Part shown: in pieces, positions 20,184-29,612 of the stretch
Position numbering within the stretch: the first letter of the stretch is position 1
Layout of the letters: each line of letters begins with the position of its first letter
Assembly: GCA_965198315.1 (NCBI GenBank)
Contig: OZ240616.1
Location: 391,096 to 455,095 of the forward strand
Source: Candidatus Aldehydirespiratoraceae bacterium
GTDB lineage: Bacteria; Actinomycetota; Acidimicrobiia; Acidimicrobiales; Aldehydirespiratoraceae
Reading direction: 5' to 3'
DNA length: 64,000 nt
Position numbers and translations under genes: made by a program
The notes under the pieces: model-generated
Databases searched by the model: none
The model's input: only the letters and a program-made list of their open reading frames with translations
What the model was told of the DNA's origin: nothing

Positions 20184-20226
20184 TCAAACTGCCATGTGGA
20201 GAAGCTGAATCTCCCATAGTCTCCGA

Positions 20227-21645
20227 TCAGTGTGTTGAGGCTTGACGGGCGGCGGCTGAACCTGATGGATAGCCGACCAGCATCACCATCCCGGAGACAA
20301 CAAAACAGGCGATCACCCATATGAAACCGCTGTAAATGCCGTCGTAGCTGAACCCGGCAGCGAGGGTGCTCACCACGCTGATGCCAATGGCGTACCCGAC
20401 CTGTTGAAAGGTGCGGAGCGTGGCATTGGCGCTCGCAAACTGGTCGACTCCGACCTCTGCCATCGCCGCGCTCTGATAACCGGCGATAGTTGCTCCGACG
20501 CCCACTCCGATAAGGACCGCAGACGGCAAGTAGACGAGGACATAATCCTGTTCCGACGTGAAAGTCAGCAATATCCAGAGGTAGCCCGCGGCAACCACCC
20601 AACAGCCGATTGACACTATCCAGCGGTGTCCGATCCGGTCGGCCATCCCTCCCAAGCGCGCAGATGTCACCGCGGCGATCAGAGGACCCGGAGTGAGACC
20701 AAAACCGGTCTTCAGCACGCTCATACCCCAAAGCTCTTGAAACATGAACGAGTTGAGGAAGAATCCGGCCGTGAAAGCCAGCGAATAGGCCCAAAACGCC
20801 GCCGTTGACACTGAGTAGGGACGACCGGCGAACAGCGACAGATCAAGCAGCGGGGCAGGGTGGCGTGTTGATCGCCAAACCACAAAAGGAACGACCGCGA
20901 TCCCGGCCAGGATCAGCAGGAGCACACTCTGATCGGTCCACCCGTGCTGTTCTGAACGAACGATTCCGTACATGACCAGGGCCACGCCGGCCACACCTAC
21001 GGGAACACCGATCAGATCGAGCGGTCCCTCGGCGGTTTCATCACGCGTTTCAGCGACCAGACGTCGGGCTAAGACAGCGACGATCAGTCCTAACGGAACG
21101 TTGACAAGGAATATCCCCCGCCAGCTCCATGCGCTGATCAACACGGCACCAACAGAGGGGCCGAAGGCCGCTCCCAACGCGCCGGCGGCACCCCAGATTC
21201 CGATCGCTACACCTCGTCGAGAGAGCGGGAACTGGGGCAAGACCATCGCCAGCGAAGCAGGCATGAGAAATGCGCCCCCCGTCGCTTGCACTACCCGGGC
21301 GACGATCAGGGTTATTGGGCTATTGGCCATTCCGCACAGGGCGGAGCCGGCAAGGAACAGGTACAACCCAGCCGTGAACGTCGCCCTCCGGCCACGACGG
21401 TCTGCTGTTCGTCCTGCCAGCAGCAACAGTGACGCCAAGGCGATGTTGTAACCGGAGATCACCCAGGGGAGTTCGACCGATGTCGCTTCGAGGTCGCGTG
21501 CTATCGAGGGCAGAGCAACGTTGACCACAGATACGTCAAGCACCACCAGAAACGCCGCCGCGGTAACTACGATCAACGCCAGCCAACTCTCCCGGGTGAT
21601 CTCTTCGGGCGCTGCGGCGGGCATAAACCGCCGACCGTAGTTCAC
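20227..21645 (-). CDS. MFS transporter, DHA2 (14-TMS EmrB/QacA-like)
   Basis: 472 aa with many hydrophobic helices, LDVSVVNVALPSI and GRTADRRGRR motifs. Confidence 0.9.
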   Translation of the reverse strand: MNYGRRFMPAAAPEEITRESWLALIVVTAAAFLVVLDVSVVNVALPSIARDLEATSVELPWVISGYNIALASLLLLAGRTADRRGRRATFTAGLYLFLAGSALCGMANSPITLIVARVVQATGGAFLMPASLAMVLPQFPLSRRGVAIGIWGAAGALGAAFGPSVGAVLISAWSWRGIFLVNVPLGLIVAVLARRLVAETRDETAEGPLDLIGVPVGVAGVALVMYGIVRSEQHGWTDQSVLLLILAGIAVVPFVVWRSTRHPAPLLDLSLFAGRPYSVSTAAFWAYSLAFTAGFFLNSFMFQELWGMSVLKTGFGLTPGPLIAAVTSARLGGMADRIGHRWIVSIGCWVVAAGYLWILLTFTSEQDYVLVYLPSAVLIGVGVGATIAGYQSAAMAEVGVDQFASANATLRTFQQVGYAIGISVVSTLAAGFSYDGIYSGFIWVIACFVVSGMVMLVGYPSGSAAARQASTH

Positions 21646-21716
21646 GGGCTCGGTTTCTACTCATCGCCACGCCAAACTTGTGTGCCGCCCAGTCCAAAGG
21701 GCGCTAGACAAAGGCC

Positions 21717-22370
21717 GTGGCACCAGTCTCTGATCGTGATCAACGCCGATTTGCGCGGAGGGCTGTCTTCTTGAGAGTTGTGAGTCGTCTGTTGTGTCGC
21801 ACCCGCCAGACTACGGACGGTCCGATCGACACATTCGGAAGGCCCGTGGTTGTGGTCGCCAACCACAGGAGTTTTTTTGATGTGCCCGTGGGGTTCGCGC
21901 TACTTGAGAGTCTCTCACTGCGAGCTCGGATCTTGGTGCGCGCCAAGTACTTCGACATTCCGCTGGTGGGGAGGTTCCTCAAATCGGCTGGTTGTATCAG
22001 TGCTGGTAGTGGATGGCGAGCAACGATCAATACCGCTGTTGAGACGCTCGCAGCTGGTCGCCCGGTGGCGGTGATGCTTGAGGGTAGGATCGTGCCTCCC
22101 GAAAAACGTGATGAATCGGGTCTCGGCAAGGTCCGCAGAGGGTTTTTGGAGATCGCCAGAGCAGCCGACGCGGTTGTGTTGCCCGTCGCTTTTGTCGGTT
22201 CTGATGAGGTCTGGCCAGGTGACAGTCGGTTCCCGCGGATTCCTTGGCGCGGCCGACCGCTGGTGCAGATCCATGTTGGTGAGGTGATGATCATTGATGA
22301 CCTCACCAACAGCGAAACCCTAGAAACCATCCGTTCAGTTATGGCTTCTCATATAGCTCGGCTGAGTTGA
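21717..22370 (+). CDS. 1-acyl-sn-glycerol-3-phosphate acyltransferase family (PlsC-like)
   Basis: NHRSFFD (HX4D) and MLEGR motifs. Confidence 0.8.
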   Translation: MAPVSDRDQRRFARRAVFLRVVSRLLCRTRQTTDGPIDTFGRPVVVVANHRSFFDVPVGFALLESLSLRARILVRAKYFDIPLVGRFLKSAGCISAGSGWRATINTAVETLAAGRPVAVMLEGRIVPPEKRDESGLGKVRRGFLEIARAADAVVLPVAFVGSDEVWPGDSRFPRIPWRGRPLVQIHVGEVMIIDDLTNSETLETIRSVMASHIARLS

Positions 22371-22388
22371 GCGTTCTACGCTGCCACA

Positions 22389-23867
22389 ATGGACAAACAA
22401 CCCAACATTTTGTTGATCGTTTCCGATGAGGAACGACGCAACGATTGGCTGACCGGCAAGGCTGACCTTCCGGCGCACGATCGGCTACGAACCGACGGGT
22501 TGACTTTCAACCGCTACTACACACACTCCTCGCCCTGCTCGCCGTCCAGGGCGAGTCTCTACACCGGTAGTTATCTCGCCGAGCATGGGGTGGTCGACAA
22601 CGTCTCGTTCCCGGCTCACACGGCTCTCGATCCGGCAATTCCGACAATCGGGAGTCTTCTGGCAGACCACGGATATTACAGTGCTTACCTGGGCAAATGG
22701 CATCTTTCGCACGAGCACATCCCTGAAATGACCGCCCACGGCTACCAGGATTTTCGGGGTAACGACGTGCATTACACAGGGTCGGCTTGGAGCGGTCGCT
22801 TCTTCGATCCGATCATTGCAGCGGATGCGATCAACTGGCTGCGCACGCATGCCGACGACGACAAACCCTGGCATCTCACGGTGGCCCTCGTGAACCCGCA
22901 CGACATCATGTGGTTTCCGATTGACCATCTGAGTTACCAGGCCCAGCACCCAAAAGACGCCAAGGTTTTCGAGTTCATGCACCACCTGCGACTTGAGGGG
23001 GTACCGGTGGAGGCAATGTCAGAGGACTACCCGGAGCGGTTCAGCGAACTTCCCGCCAACTTTCACGACGATCTCCATTCCAAACCGGAGATCCAGCGGG
23101 CCTGGCGCCAGGTACGCAACCATGAACACTTCGTGGGCCGGATGGACCTCGCCGATGAGCGGGCCTGGCTACGGCAACTCGACTACTACGCCTACCTGCA
23201 TGAGGAACTTGACCAGAATCTCGGCGACTTGCTCAGCACCCTGGACGAACTCGGCATATACGACGACACGGTCATCGCCTACACCTCTGATCACGGTGAC
23301 GCCTGCGGCAGCCACGGCCTGCGCGCCAAGTTGCCGTGTGTCTATGAGGAGGTCATGGGTGTGCCGCTGGTCATCAAGGTTCCTGGTGTTACCGAGTCCG
23401 CAACGACGACCGATGCTTTGGCTACTCATGTTGATCTCGCCGCGACTCTGTGCGCGCTCGGCGGAGTTGACCTCGACGAGACGCCTTCGTTGTCGGGTGT
23501 CGACCTGATGCCCGCGCTTGCCGACTCGGACGCCCGGCCGCGTGACCATGTGTTGTTCTCCCAGGACAGCGCCCAGTCTTCGCTGCTTCGAAATTGCCGT
23601 TACGCGGTCCGCGGCTTTTTCGATGGGGTCACCAAATATGCCCGCTACTACGGGATCGGCGGTGGCATTGAGCGTGACGGCTCCCGGTCTTCTGCAACCA
23701 AACTCTTTGATGTCGATGCTTCTTTTGAGGATCACGATCATGAGTGGTACGACACCGTCGAGGATCCATTGGAACTGGTGAATCTGGCCCATGATCGCAG
23801 TCGGCGCGATGAGCTTCGAGACAATTTCGAGCGATTGTTGAAGATCGAAGCCGACGCGGGAGTCTGA
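22389..23867 (+). CDS. sulfatase (formylglycine-dependent)
   Basis: NILLIVSDE... and SSPCSPSRASLYTG (CxPxR) motifs. Confidence 0.9.
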   Translation: MDKQPNILLIVSDEERRNDWLTGKADLPAHDRLRTDGLTFNRYYTHSSPCSPSRASLYTGSYLAEHGVVDNVSFPAHTALDPAIPTIGSLLADHGYYSAYLGKWHLSHEHIPEMTAHGYQDFRGNDVHYTGSAWSGRFFDPIIAADAINWLRTHADDDKPWHLTVALVNPHDIMWFPIDHLSYQAQHPKDAKVFEFMHHLRLEGVPVEAMSEDYPERFSELPANFHDDLHSKPEIQRAWRQVRNHEHFVGRMDLADERAWLRQLDYYAYLHEELDQNLGDLLSTLDELGIYDDTVIAYTSDHGDACGSHGLRAKLPCVYEEVMGVPLVIKVPGVTESATTTDALATHVDLAATLCALGGVDLDETPSLSGVDLMPALADSDARPRDHVLFSQDSAQSSLLRNCRYAVRGFFDGVTKYARYYGIGGGIERDGSRSSATKLFDVDASFEDHDHEWYDTVEDPLELVNLAHDRSRRDELRDNFERLLKIEADAGV

Positions 23868-23904
23868 GGCAGTAGCGCGCAGCGCGGCCTGTAGCCTGCT
23901 TGGT

Positions 23905-23977
23905 GGGCCGCTAGCTCATCGGGTAGAGCAGGAGACTTTTAATCTCAAGGTGCCGGGTTCGAGCCCCGGGCGGCCTA
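23905..23977 (+). tRNA. tRNA-Lys (anticodon TTT)
   Basis: Hand-folded cloverleaf. Acceptor gggccgc/gcggcct (G1-U72), D arm gctc..gagc, anticodon loop cttttaa, T arm ccggg-ttcgagc-cccgg. Confidence 0.85.
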
Positions 23978-24085
23978 CGAATCCCATTGGTGTAACCAAA
24001 AGCCTGTTCTTGCACCGGAAAGCACAGTGTCGTGTGATAAGTTCCGAACTGTCCGATATCACACCCCAAGCAGCCCGGTTGAGTC

Positions 24086-24871
24086 ATGTCACCACGTCAG
24101 ATTGCAGTTACTCTCGTTGCCTTAATCTTCATCGTCGCCGCAGCCCTTCTCATAATCAGTCGGGGCGACGGCGACGATTCTGAAGACGAATCAACAACTA
24201 CGAGCAGTACGACCACGAGGTCTACCACGACTTCGGACACTGCGGCTGATCCGGGTGGCGACGACGGATCTGACGACGCTGACGACCCGTCTGAGACGCC
24301 CATTACCACGAGCACAACAACTTCGATTCCGCTTTCGGTGCCAGTCAACGTTCCGGTTGTTTGTACAGCCGACGGTGCTGGTGCTCAGGTAGTTGCCGAT
24401 GTCGCAGAAGACGCGGTTCCGCAACTGGGCCCCAGCTCGTCAATCAGCACGGTCGGGCTCGGAATCGTCACCTTCGGGCTGACAGTACCCAAGGCTGCTG
24501 AGGTGAGCGGGTCGGCCATGCTCTCCTGTGAGCCCCTGAGCGAGTGCTATCACGTCACGCCTGCCGCGGCTCCTCCCGGGATCAGCTTCTTGGTGCATGC
24601 ATCCACAATTGAGCGGGTCGACATTGTTGATGGCCCGATCACAACACGTTCGGGAATAGGGATCGGAACCACCGCCGAACATCTAGTCAATACGTTCGGA
24701 GACAAGCTTGAGCGACAGGTGATCGATGCCGATACTGTCAACTTGATCTTTGTGCCATCTGATGCCTCTGACGCCAACTTCCGAGTTGTGTTCACGGTCG
24801 AAGACGGCGTGGTGACGACTTATCGGTCGGGTCGCTTGCCGATGATCCTGCAAGACAACCCCTGCGCCTAG
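24086..24871 (+). CDS. membrane-anchored Ser/Thr/Asp-rich hypothetical protein
   Basis: N-terminal TM (VTLVALIFIVAAALLII), then a T/S/D-rich linker and a ~170-aa globular C-terminus. No family recognised. Confidence 0.55.
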   Translation: MSPRQIAVTLVALIFIVAAALLIISRGDGDDSEDESTTTSSTTTRSTTTSDTAADPGGDDGSDDADDPSETPITTSTTTSIPLSVPVNVPVVCTADGAGAQVVADVAEDAVPQLGPSSSISTVGLGIVTFGLTVPKAAEVSGSAMLSCEPLSECYHVTPAAAPPGISFLVHASTIERVDIVDGPITTRSGIGIGTTAEHLVNTFGDKLERQVIDADTVNLIFVPSDASDANFRVVFTVEDGVVTTYRSGRLPMILQDNPCA

Positions 24872-24880
24872 GACGCCCTC

Positions 24881-25411
24881 TTACTCAAGCCTTTCGTCCT
24901 CGAGCCTTGCGTCGGGTAGTTCGGCCTCGTAGCTGCGACATTCAACGACCACCGAGCCCATTCCCGCGGGTGTGTATTCGCCGGTGTCAATATTGAGATC
25001 GGTGACGAAGTCAACGTTGTCGAACCGCACGATGTCGTGCCCGAAGGTGAAATCCAGCAGCACTCCAAGACGTGGCTCGAAGAGCACTTCTTCGCCCTCA
25101 TCACCAACTTTCAAACCCACGTAGGGTTCACCGACGAATGCTTGAACGAAGGCCTCGACAGGTTTGTTGTTGACGTCTCTTCCGACGCCGACCGCGAGGA
25201 TTTCACCGGCGCCACCGTCGACGCATGTGAACACAAGGTCGTAAGCAGAAGGACCGACACGCACAAGTCCCACCGAATGCGGAATCGTTGTCGTATCGCT
25301 GGCGATTGATGACGAGTCGGCTTCTAGTTCTGACTGATCCTCGTCATCGCCGTTGCCTTGCAGCGCACAACCCGCAACAAAGACGGCGATCAGGCATAGC
25401 AACCTGCGCAC
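24881..25411 (-). CDS. hypothetical lipoprotein
   Basis: MRRLLCLIAVFVAGC signal peptide with lipobox. No family recognised. Confidence 0.6.
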   Translation of the reverse strand: MRRLLCLIAVFVAGCALQGNGDDEDQSELEADSSSIASDTTTIPHSVGLVRVGPSAYDLVFTCVDGGAGEILAVGVGRDVNNKPVEAFVQAFVGEPYVGLKVGDEGEEVLFEPRLGVLLDFTFGHDIVRFDNVDFVTDLNIDTGEYTPAGMGSVVVECRSYEAELPDARLEDERLE

Positions 25412-25468
25412 GTCCCGAGGCTACAGAACGCTTGGAGCCCGTGCAGGCAGGCGCTAGCTTCTACTGCA

Positions 25469-25651
25469 GTGGCCACGAACCCCAACACCCGCAAGCGACG
25501 CGTAAAGACCGCCCAGCAACAGCACCACACCCAAGCGGTGTCCAGGTATGAGCAACGCCGCCGTCGCCTCCTTCTCTGGTTGGTCGTGGGTTTGGCTGTG
25601 GCGATGATCCTGCCGCTCGCCGCGGGAATAATGTTCACGCTCTTGAGCTAA
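25469..25651 (+). CDS. possible small basic membrane protein
   Basis: 60 aa with a basic N-terminus plus one TM helix. Weak support. Confidence 0.3.
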   Translation: MATNPNTRKRRVKTAQQQHHTQAVSRYEQRRRRLLLWLVVGLAVAMILPLAAGIMFTLLS

Positions 25652-25714
25652 GAGGCCGAGCGGATTGATCCCGCACACGGCCGCGACCGAACGAGGCCGT
25701 GGCCCGAGCGGCCC

Positions 25715-26716
25715 GTGAACGCAGTGAACAAGAGCGGGAGACAACAGGCCACGGTCCGAAATTGGCGGGACCAGCCGATAGCCTGCGATGCGGTGAGTAC
25801 CGTCAAACGCGCCCGTCAGAAAGCCAACCGAGCCAGCCGCGTCGCCGCGGCGCAGGCAGCCGAAGCGAAAGCCAGAACCCGGCGGCAGACGATCCGCTGG
25901 GGTTCGGGGGTCGCCGTGATCGTGATCCTGATCGTCGGTATCGGATGGTTTCTGAACCGTGGCGATGACGACCCGTTCGACGGTTTTGACCCGGTGGTGA
26001 CGGACACCACGCAGCCCCCGACCGAACCCGAACCTGATCCGGTCGTCACTGAGGCCGTCAGTACGACATCGCCCACGGAGCCGGTGGAGATTTCGGAGCC
26101 GTCCAATCCGGATTGCCCCGCTCCCGACAAGAGCAGCCCTCGTACGCTCGACTTCGGTGGTCCGCAGCCGATGTGTATCAACCCCGTCCACAACTACCAA
26201 GCGGTGTTCGACACCTCCGAAGGCGAGATCGTCATCGACCTCGACACCGAGAACACCCCCAACACGGTCAACAATTTCGTGACCCTCTCCCGTTGGGGAT
26301 ACTACGACGGCACCACTCTGTTCCGAACCGATCCCAGCATCGACATCATTCAGGGCGGCTCGCCCCACACAGATTCAGCCAGCGATCCGGGACCCGGCTA
26401 CACGATCCCCGACGAGCCGACCTTCAATGACGAGGGTGGTTTCCTCACTGGGCCCTACCGGTATGTTCCGGGCCAGTTGGTGATGGCCCGAAGTGGTGGT
26501 CCTGATGCCTCCGGCGCCCAGTTCTTCTTCACGACCGGCCCCAACACCGCTCTGCTCGACGGCCAGGGTACCTACATCGTGTTCGGGCAGACCCACGAAG
26601 CCGGTCTCGGCGTGATGCAAGACATCATCGGCTTGCACCAACCCGACGACAGCGGGCTCGGAGGTCGGCCGTCTCGGACCGTCACTGTCAACTCGGTGAC
26701 GATTCAGGTGGGCTGA
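25715..26716 (+). CDS. membrane-anchored cyclophilin-type peptidyl-prolyl isomerase
   Basis: TM anchor and Pro/Thr/Glu linker, then NNFVTLSRWGYYDGTTLFR and MARSGGPDASGAQFFFT cyclophilin motifs. The start may be downstream of 25715. Confidence 0.85.
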   Translation: MNAVNKSGRQQATVRNWRDQPIACDAVSTVKRARQKANRASRVAAAQAAEAKARTRRQTIRWGSGVAVIVILIVGIGWFLNRGDDDPFDGFDPVVTDTTQPPTEPEPDPVVTEAVSTTSPTEPVEISEPSNPDCPAPDKSSPRTLDFGGPQPMCINPVHNYQAVFDTSEGEIVIDLDTENTPNTVNNFVTLSRWGYYDGTTLFRTDPSIDIIQGGSPHTDSASDPGPGYTIPDEPTFNDEGGFLTGPYRYVPGQLVMARSGGPDASGAQFFFTTGPNTALLDGQGTYIVFGQTHEAGLGVMQDIIGLHQPDDSGLGGRPSRTVTVNSVTIQVG

Positions 26717-27323
26717 TCGGCCACCGCACCCTCGCTTCCACGAACGGGCGGAACGGTGCCGACACGGTCGGCACTTCGAAGCGCTGCAGATCGGTGATCG
26801 TCAGTCCCAGTGCTCGGATCTCCGCCGGCAGGTCCCAGTCGAGGCGTAATCCGCCGACTGCGCGGCCAACACGCCCACCGAGCGCCAGCAGGCGACCGGT
26901 TCGACCGGCCCGTGCCACCGGTTCAAGGAAGAGCAGGCGACCTTCGTCGGCGAGTAGCTCCCTGAGGGTTCGAAGGAAACGATTCAGGTCGGCCACGAGG
27001 GGGGTACGGATCAGGCTGACGATCGTGTCGAAGGGGCCGTGGCCGAGTTCGCTCAGTTCCTCGGGTTCGGCATCGATTCTGGTAACGCCTTGAGGATCGT
27101 GTGCGGGGGTGCCGGCCCTGATGTCGCCCAGGCGATCGAGCATTGTGACCGAATCGACTTCGGTGGCGATCTGATAGCTGTCGAGATGGTCGGACCAACC
27201 GCCCAGGTCGAGGACTCTGCCGCTCGCCACTGAGGCCAGATTGCTCCGGCGTTTGCGCAGCGCGGGCGCCAACTCCATGGGCAACGGGTTCATCCAGGCA
27301 ACGAGAGGGGGGCGGTTCGCCAT
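26688..27323 (-). CDS. class I SAM-dependent methyltransferase (putative)
   Basis: VLDLGGWS glycine-rich motif-I-like segment and ~210 aa length. Moderate support. Confidence 0.55.
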   Translation of the reverse strand: MANRPPLVAWMNPLPMELAPALRKRRSNLASVASGRVLDLGGWSDHLDSYQIATEVDSVTMLDRLGDIRAGTPAHDPQGVTRIDAEPEELSELGHGPFDTIVSLIRTPLVADLNRFLRTLRELLADEGRLLFLEPVARAGRTGRLLALGGRVGRAVGGLRLDWDLPAEIRALGLTITDLQRFEVPTVSAPFRPFVEARVRWPISPPESSPS

Positions 27324-27374
27324 CCGGGCAACCTAGCGCGCCCTAGCCTTGTCCCATGCCTGTCGAACCTGCGC
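27251..27374. repeat. 124-bp direct repeat, copy 1 (left flank of the AbiE islet)
   Basis: Identical to 29489-29612 except one position (27361 t versus 29599 c). Covers the first 73 nt of the methyltransferase gene, the 32-nt divergent intergenic region and the first 19 nt of aat. Confidence 0.95.
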
Positions 27375-27435
27375 TGGACTGATGCATTCACTTCGGGCGA
27401 ACAGGTTCGTAGACCTGACCGGTACGGACAGCGAA

Positions 27436-28563
27436 TCAGAACTCGACGAGGTAGCGGGGGGTGAAGCTCTCGGACTCGATGCTGACTGCGCGGATGCGGT
27501 CGGCGCGGTAGCTGCGTATCTGTTCTCTATCGTTTACGACGAAGACCAGCAGCTTCCCTTCTTGCGAGTAGCGGAGGGAATAGGGCTCGACCGTGCGTAG
27601 CCCGATTCGGCCCTGCTTGGCGTGATAGTCGATGGTGACCTTGAGACGGTTCGCTCCAGCGAATCGTATGAGCTCGATCGGCGAGCCCTGTTGCCATGAG
27701 GTCATGTGCCGGGCTGGCCGCCAGCCAGTGACTGGCTCCGTCGGCCGGATCTCCGTCAACTGCGGCACGGGTCGGTCCCCGTCCAGCCAAGCGAACACAT
27801 CGTCGAGTTGGGACCAGAAGTCGTCAAAGCTCGGCAGGTGAGGCAGTTGGTGGCCGAGCATGTTCGACCACTCGGTCTCGATCTCGTCCCTGAACGGAGT
27901 AGAGCGGATCGTGGCAAGCGTCGGAGTGTCGATGCGTGCGTGGGCACACTTCGCCTCGAGGACCTGCACCACGTCGTCGGCGCGACCGATCAGGTCCGGA
28001 TGACGATGGGTGTGGACGACGTCGTAGAGGTCGCGGGGACGGCAGCGCTCAGCGAGTGCTCTGATCTTCTCTCCCAGGAGTTCTGGCAGCGAGTAGCAGA
28101 CCACACTGGTGAGGTGACTGGTGGCAGAGCTCGCTGGTGCGTCGCTGAACGGGTGTTGCACGGGTCGTGACTCCAAGCCTCGCACGATGGCTTCATCGGC
28201 CGTGAGGTCGAGCTTGACCTTGGGTGGCGTGGGCATGCCTAGCGGCCCGAGGCAGCCGACCCGTCCTTCGATCGTCGGTTTGCCTCGCTTGTTCTGGCGC
28301 TGTCGGAACGAGCCGTCGTCCACGATCAGCCGTAGCCCGCACCTGTCATCCAGCCATGCGGCGATCTCCGCGAACGTCTCTCCCAATCGTCCGACATCGA
28401 GATCGGATTCTGTGACAGTGAAGTCGAGGTCCTCAGAGAACCGGTAGGTCTCGAACCAGCACTTCCGAAGACATGTCCCGCCCTTGAACACCCAGGACCG
28501 CGTCTGCGGGTGCTCCGCGATGCCGGCAAGGAGCCAGCCAAGTACGTAGTCCTTCTCGACCAC
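27436..28563 (-). CDS. AbiEii/AbiGii-family nucleotidyltransferase toxin with C-terminal WYL-like domain
   Basis: MVEKDYVLGWLL...FKGGTCLRKC...YRFSEDLDF N-terminal NTase motifs. The C-terminal ~90 aa (ELIRFAGANRLKVTIDYHAKQGRIGLRTVEPYSLRYSQEGKLLVFVVNDREQIRSYRADRI) looks like a WYL domain. Confidence 0.85.
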   Translation of the reverse strand: MVEKDYVLGWLLAGIAEHPQTRSWVFKGGTCLRKCWFETYRFSEDLDFTVTESDLDVGRLGETFAEIAAWLDDRCGLRLIVDDGSFRQRQNKRGKPTIEGRVGCLGPLGMPTPPKVKLDLTADEAIVRGLESRPVQHPFSDAPASSATSHLTSVVCYSLPELLGEKIRALAERCRPRDLYDVVHTHRHPDLIGRADDVVQVLEAKCAHARIDTPTLATIRSTPFRDEIETEWSNMLGHQLPHLPSFDDFWSQLDDVFAWLDGDRPVPQLTEIRPTEPVTGWRPARHMTSWQQGSPIELIRFAGANRLKVTIDYHAKQGRIGLRTVEPYSLRYSQEGKLLVFVVNDREQIRSYRADRIRAVSIESESFTPRYLVEF

Positions 28564-28616
28564 ATGGTGAGCAAGTTGCTACTCACCTGCGAAGTTGGCG
28601 ATCTCTCGATTGGTGA

Positions 28617-29414
28617 TCACGCCGACACATCTGCGTTGATCCGCAGGCCCCACCGAGCCGACCGCGTGCCTCCCGAGGGCAGCGACGGGTCGAGCAGCGG
28701 AAACCCTGAGGTCAAAGGCCGAACAATCGCCCTAGTGTCGTGTCCCAGCACTTCCAGGAGATACCCGAGCCTCTTGATTGCCGCTCCGTTGTCCAGTCGT
28801 TCAAGGGCACCCACCAGATCCTCGAGCCTCCCAACCGAGAGCAGCGTGTCAAGGACCTCCATCGTGTGACGGATGCCGCCACCCAGTACTGGGTCCGACA
28901 GCATGTCGGCAACCGTGCGTTCCCGGCTAGACACTTTGACCTTCCGGTCACCCCGCCACTCCCCAACGAGTCCCCACTCGAAGCGGTCGATGTTGACATG
29001 ATGGACCAGATAGCTGGCACCAGCCAGCTTCTGATCAACTCGGCGCACCCGTTGTGCGGTGGAAACGACCGTAGAGCGAAAAACTTGGTCGGTGAGCGCC
29101 CAGTGATTCGCAGCCGACCACCCGGCGATGTAGCACGGATCCCACACCAAGTCCGCCAGATACCAGGGGTCCTCCTTCCAGGTCGCCGGATCCCGCGCGT
29201 CCACCGGAACTGCGATGTACAGACCCCGTCGGACACGCCTCAGCCACCCCCTCGATGCCCAAGCCGACAACCGCCGCGCAGCAGACTCGCGACTTACCCC
29301 CAACGCCGTGGCCGCAGCATCCACCGTGACTGTCCGCTGTCCCGCCCCGAACAACGTGGCAAGATCACGCCGACCCCGCGCTGACAATCCTCCCGGCTCG
29401 ATGCTCGGACTCAT
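28617..29414 (-). CDS. AbiEi-family antitoxin/transcriptional regulator
   Basis: N-terminal wHTH (VTVDAAATALGVSRESAARRLSAWASRGWLRRVRRGLY), 265 aa, located directly upstream of AbiEii. Confidence 0.8.
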   Translation of the reverse strand: MSPSIEPGGLSARGRRDLATLFGAGQRTVTVDAAATALGVSRESAARRLSAWASRGWLRRVRRGLYIAVPVDARDPATWKEDPWYLADLVWDPCYIAGWSAANHWALTDQVFRSTVVSTAQRVRRVDQKLAGASYLVHHVNIDRFEWGLVGEWRGDRKVKVSSRERTVADMLSDPVLGGGIRHTMEVLDTLLSVGRLEDLVGALERLDNGAAIKRLGYLLEVLGHDTRAIVRPLTSGFPLLDPSLPSGGTRSARWGLRINADVSA

Positions 29415-29488
29415 GCAGACATCCTAAGTCCAATACTTACGGCTTGAGTGGAATAACTGGCTTTGCGTTGTCATTTCGGGTCTGCTCA

Positions 29489-29612
29489 GTTTGCGCAGCG
29501 CGGGCGCCAACTCCATGGGCAACGGGTTCATCCAGGCAACGAGAGGGGGGCGGTTCGCCATCCGGGCAACCTAGCGCGCCCTAGCCTTGTCCCATGCCCG
29601 TCGAACCTGCGC
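29489..29612. repeat. 124-bp direct repeat, copy 2 (right flank of the AbiE islet)
   Basis: See copy 1. Contains a dead 73-nt methyltransferase 5' fragment and the live aat start. Confidence 0.95.

Larger units (their letters stand above)
27375..29488. mobile_element. 2.1-kb inserted islet carrying abiEi-abiEii, no recombinase gene
   Basis: Bounded by the 124-bp duplication. The left end reads tGGACTGatgCATTCACTTC, shared with the TA islet at 36603. Confidence 0.7.

Noticed and set aside
22389-23867. Sulfatase maturation partner (FGE/anSME) nearby
   Set aside because: None is recognisable in the flanking genes, so nothing is reported.
25454-26368. 304-aa minus-strand ORF
   Set aside because: It is antisense to the cyclophilin gene and shows no motifs.
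27375-29488. Prophage or classical integrative island
   Set aside because: No integrase, excisionase, replication or structural genes are present, only two genes. It is kept as an unclassified islet instead.
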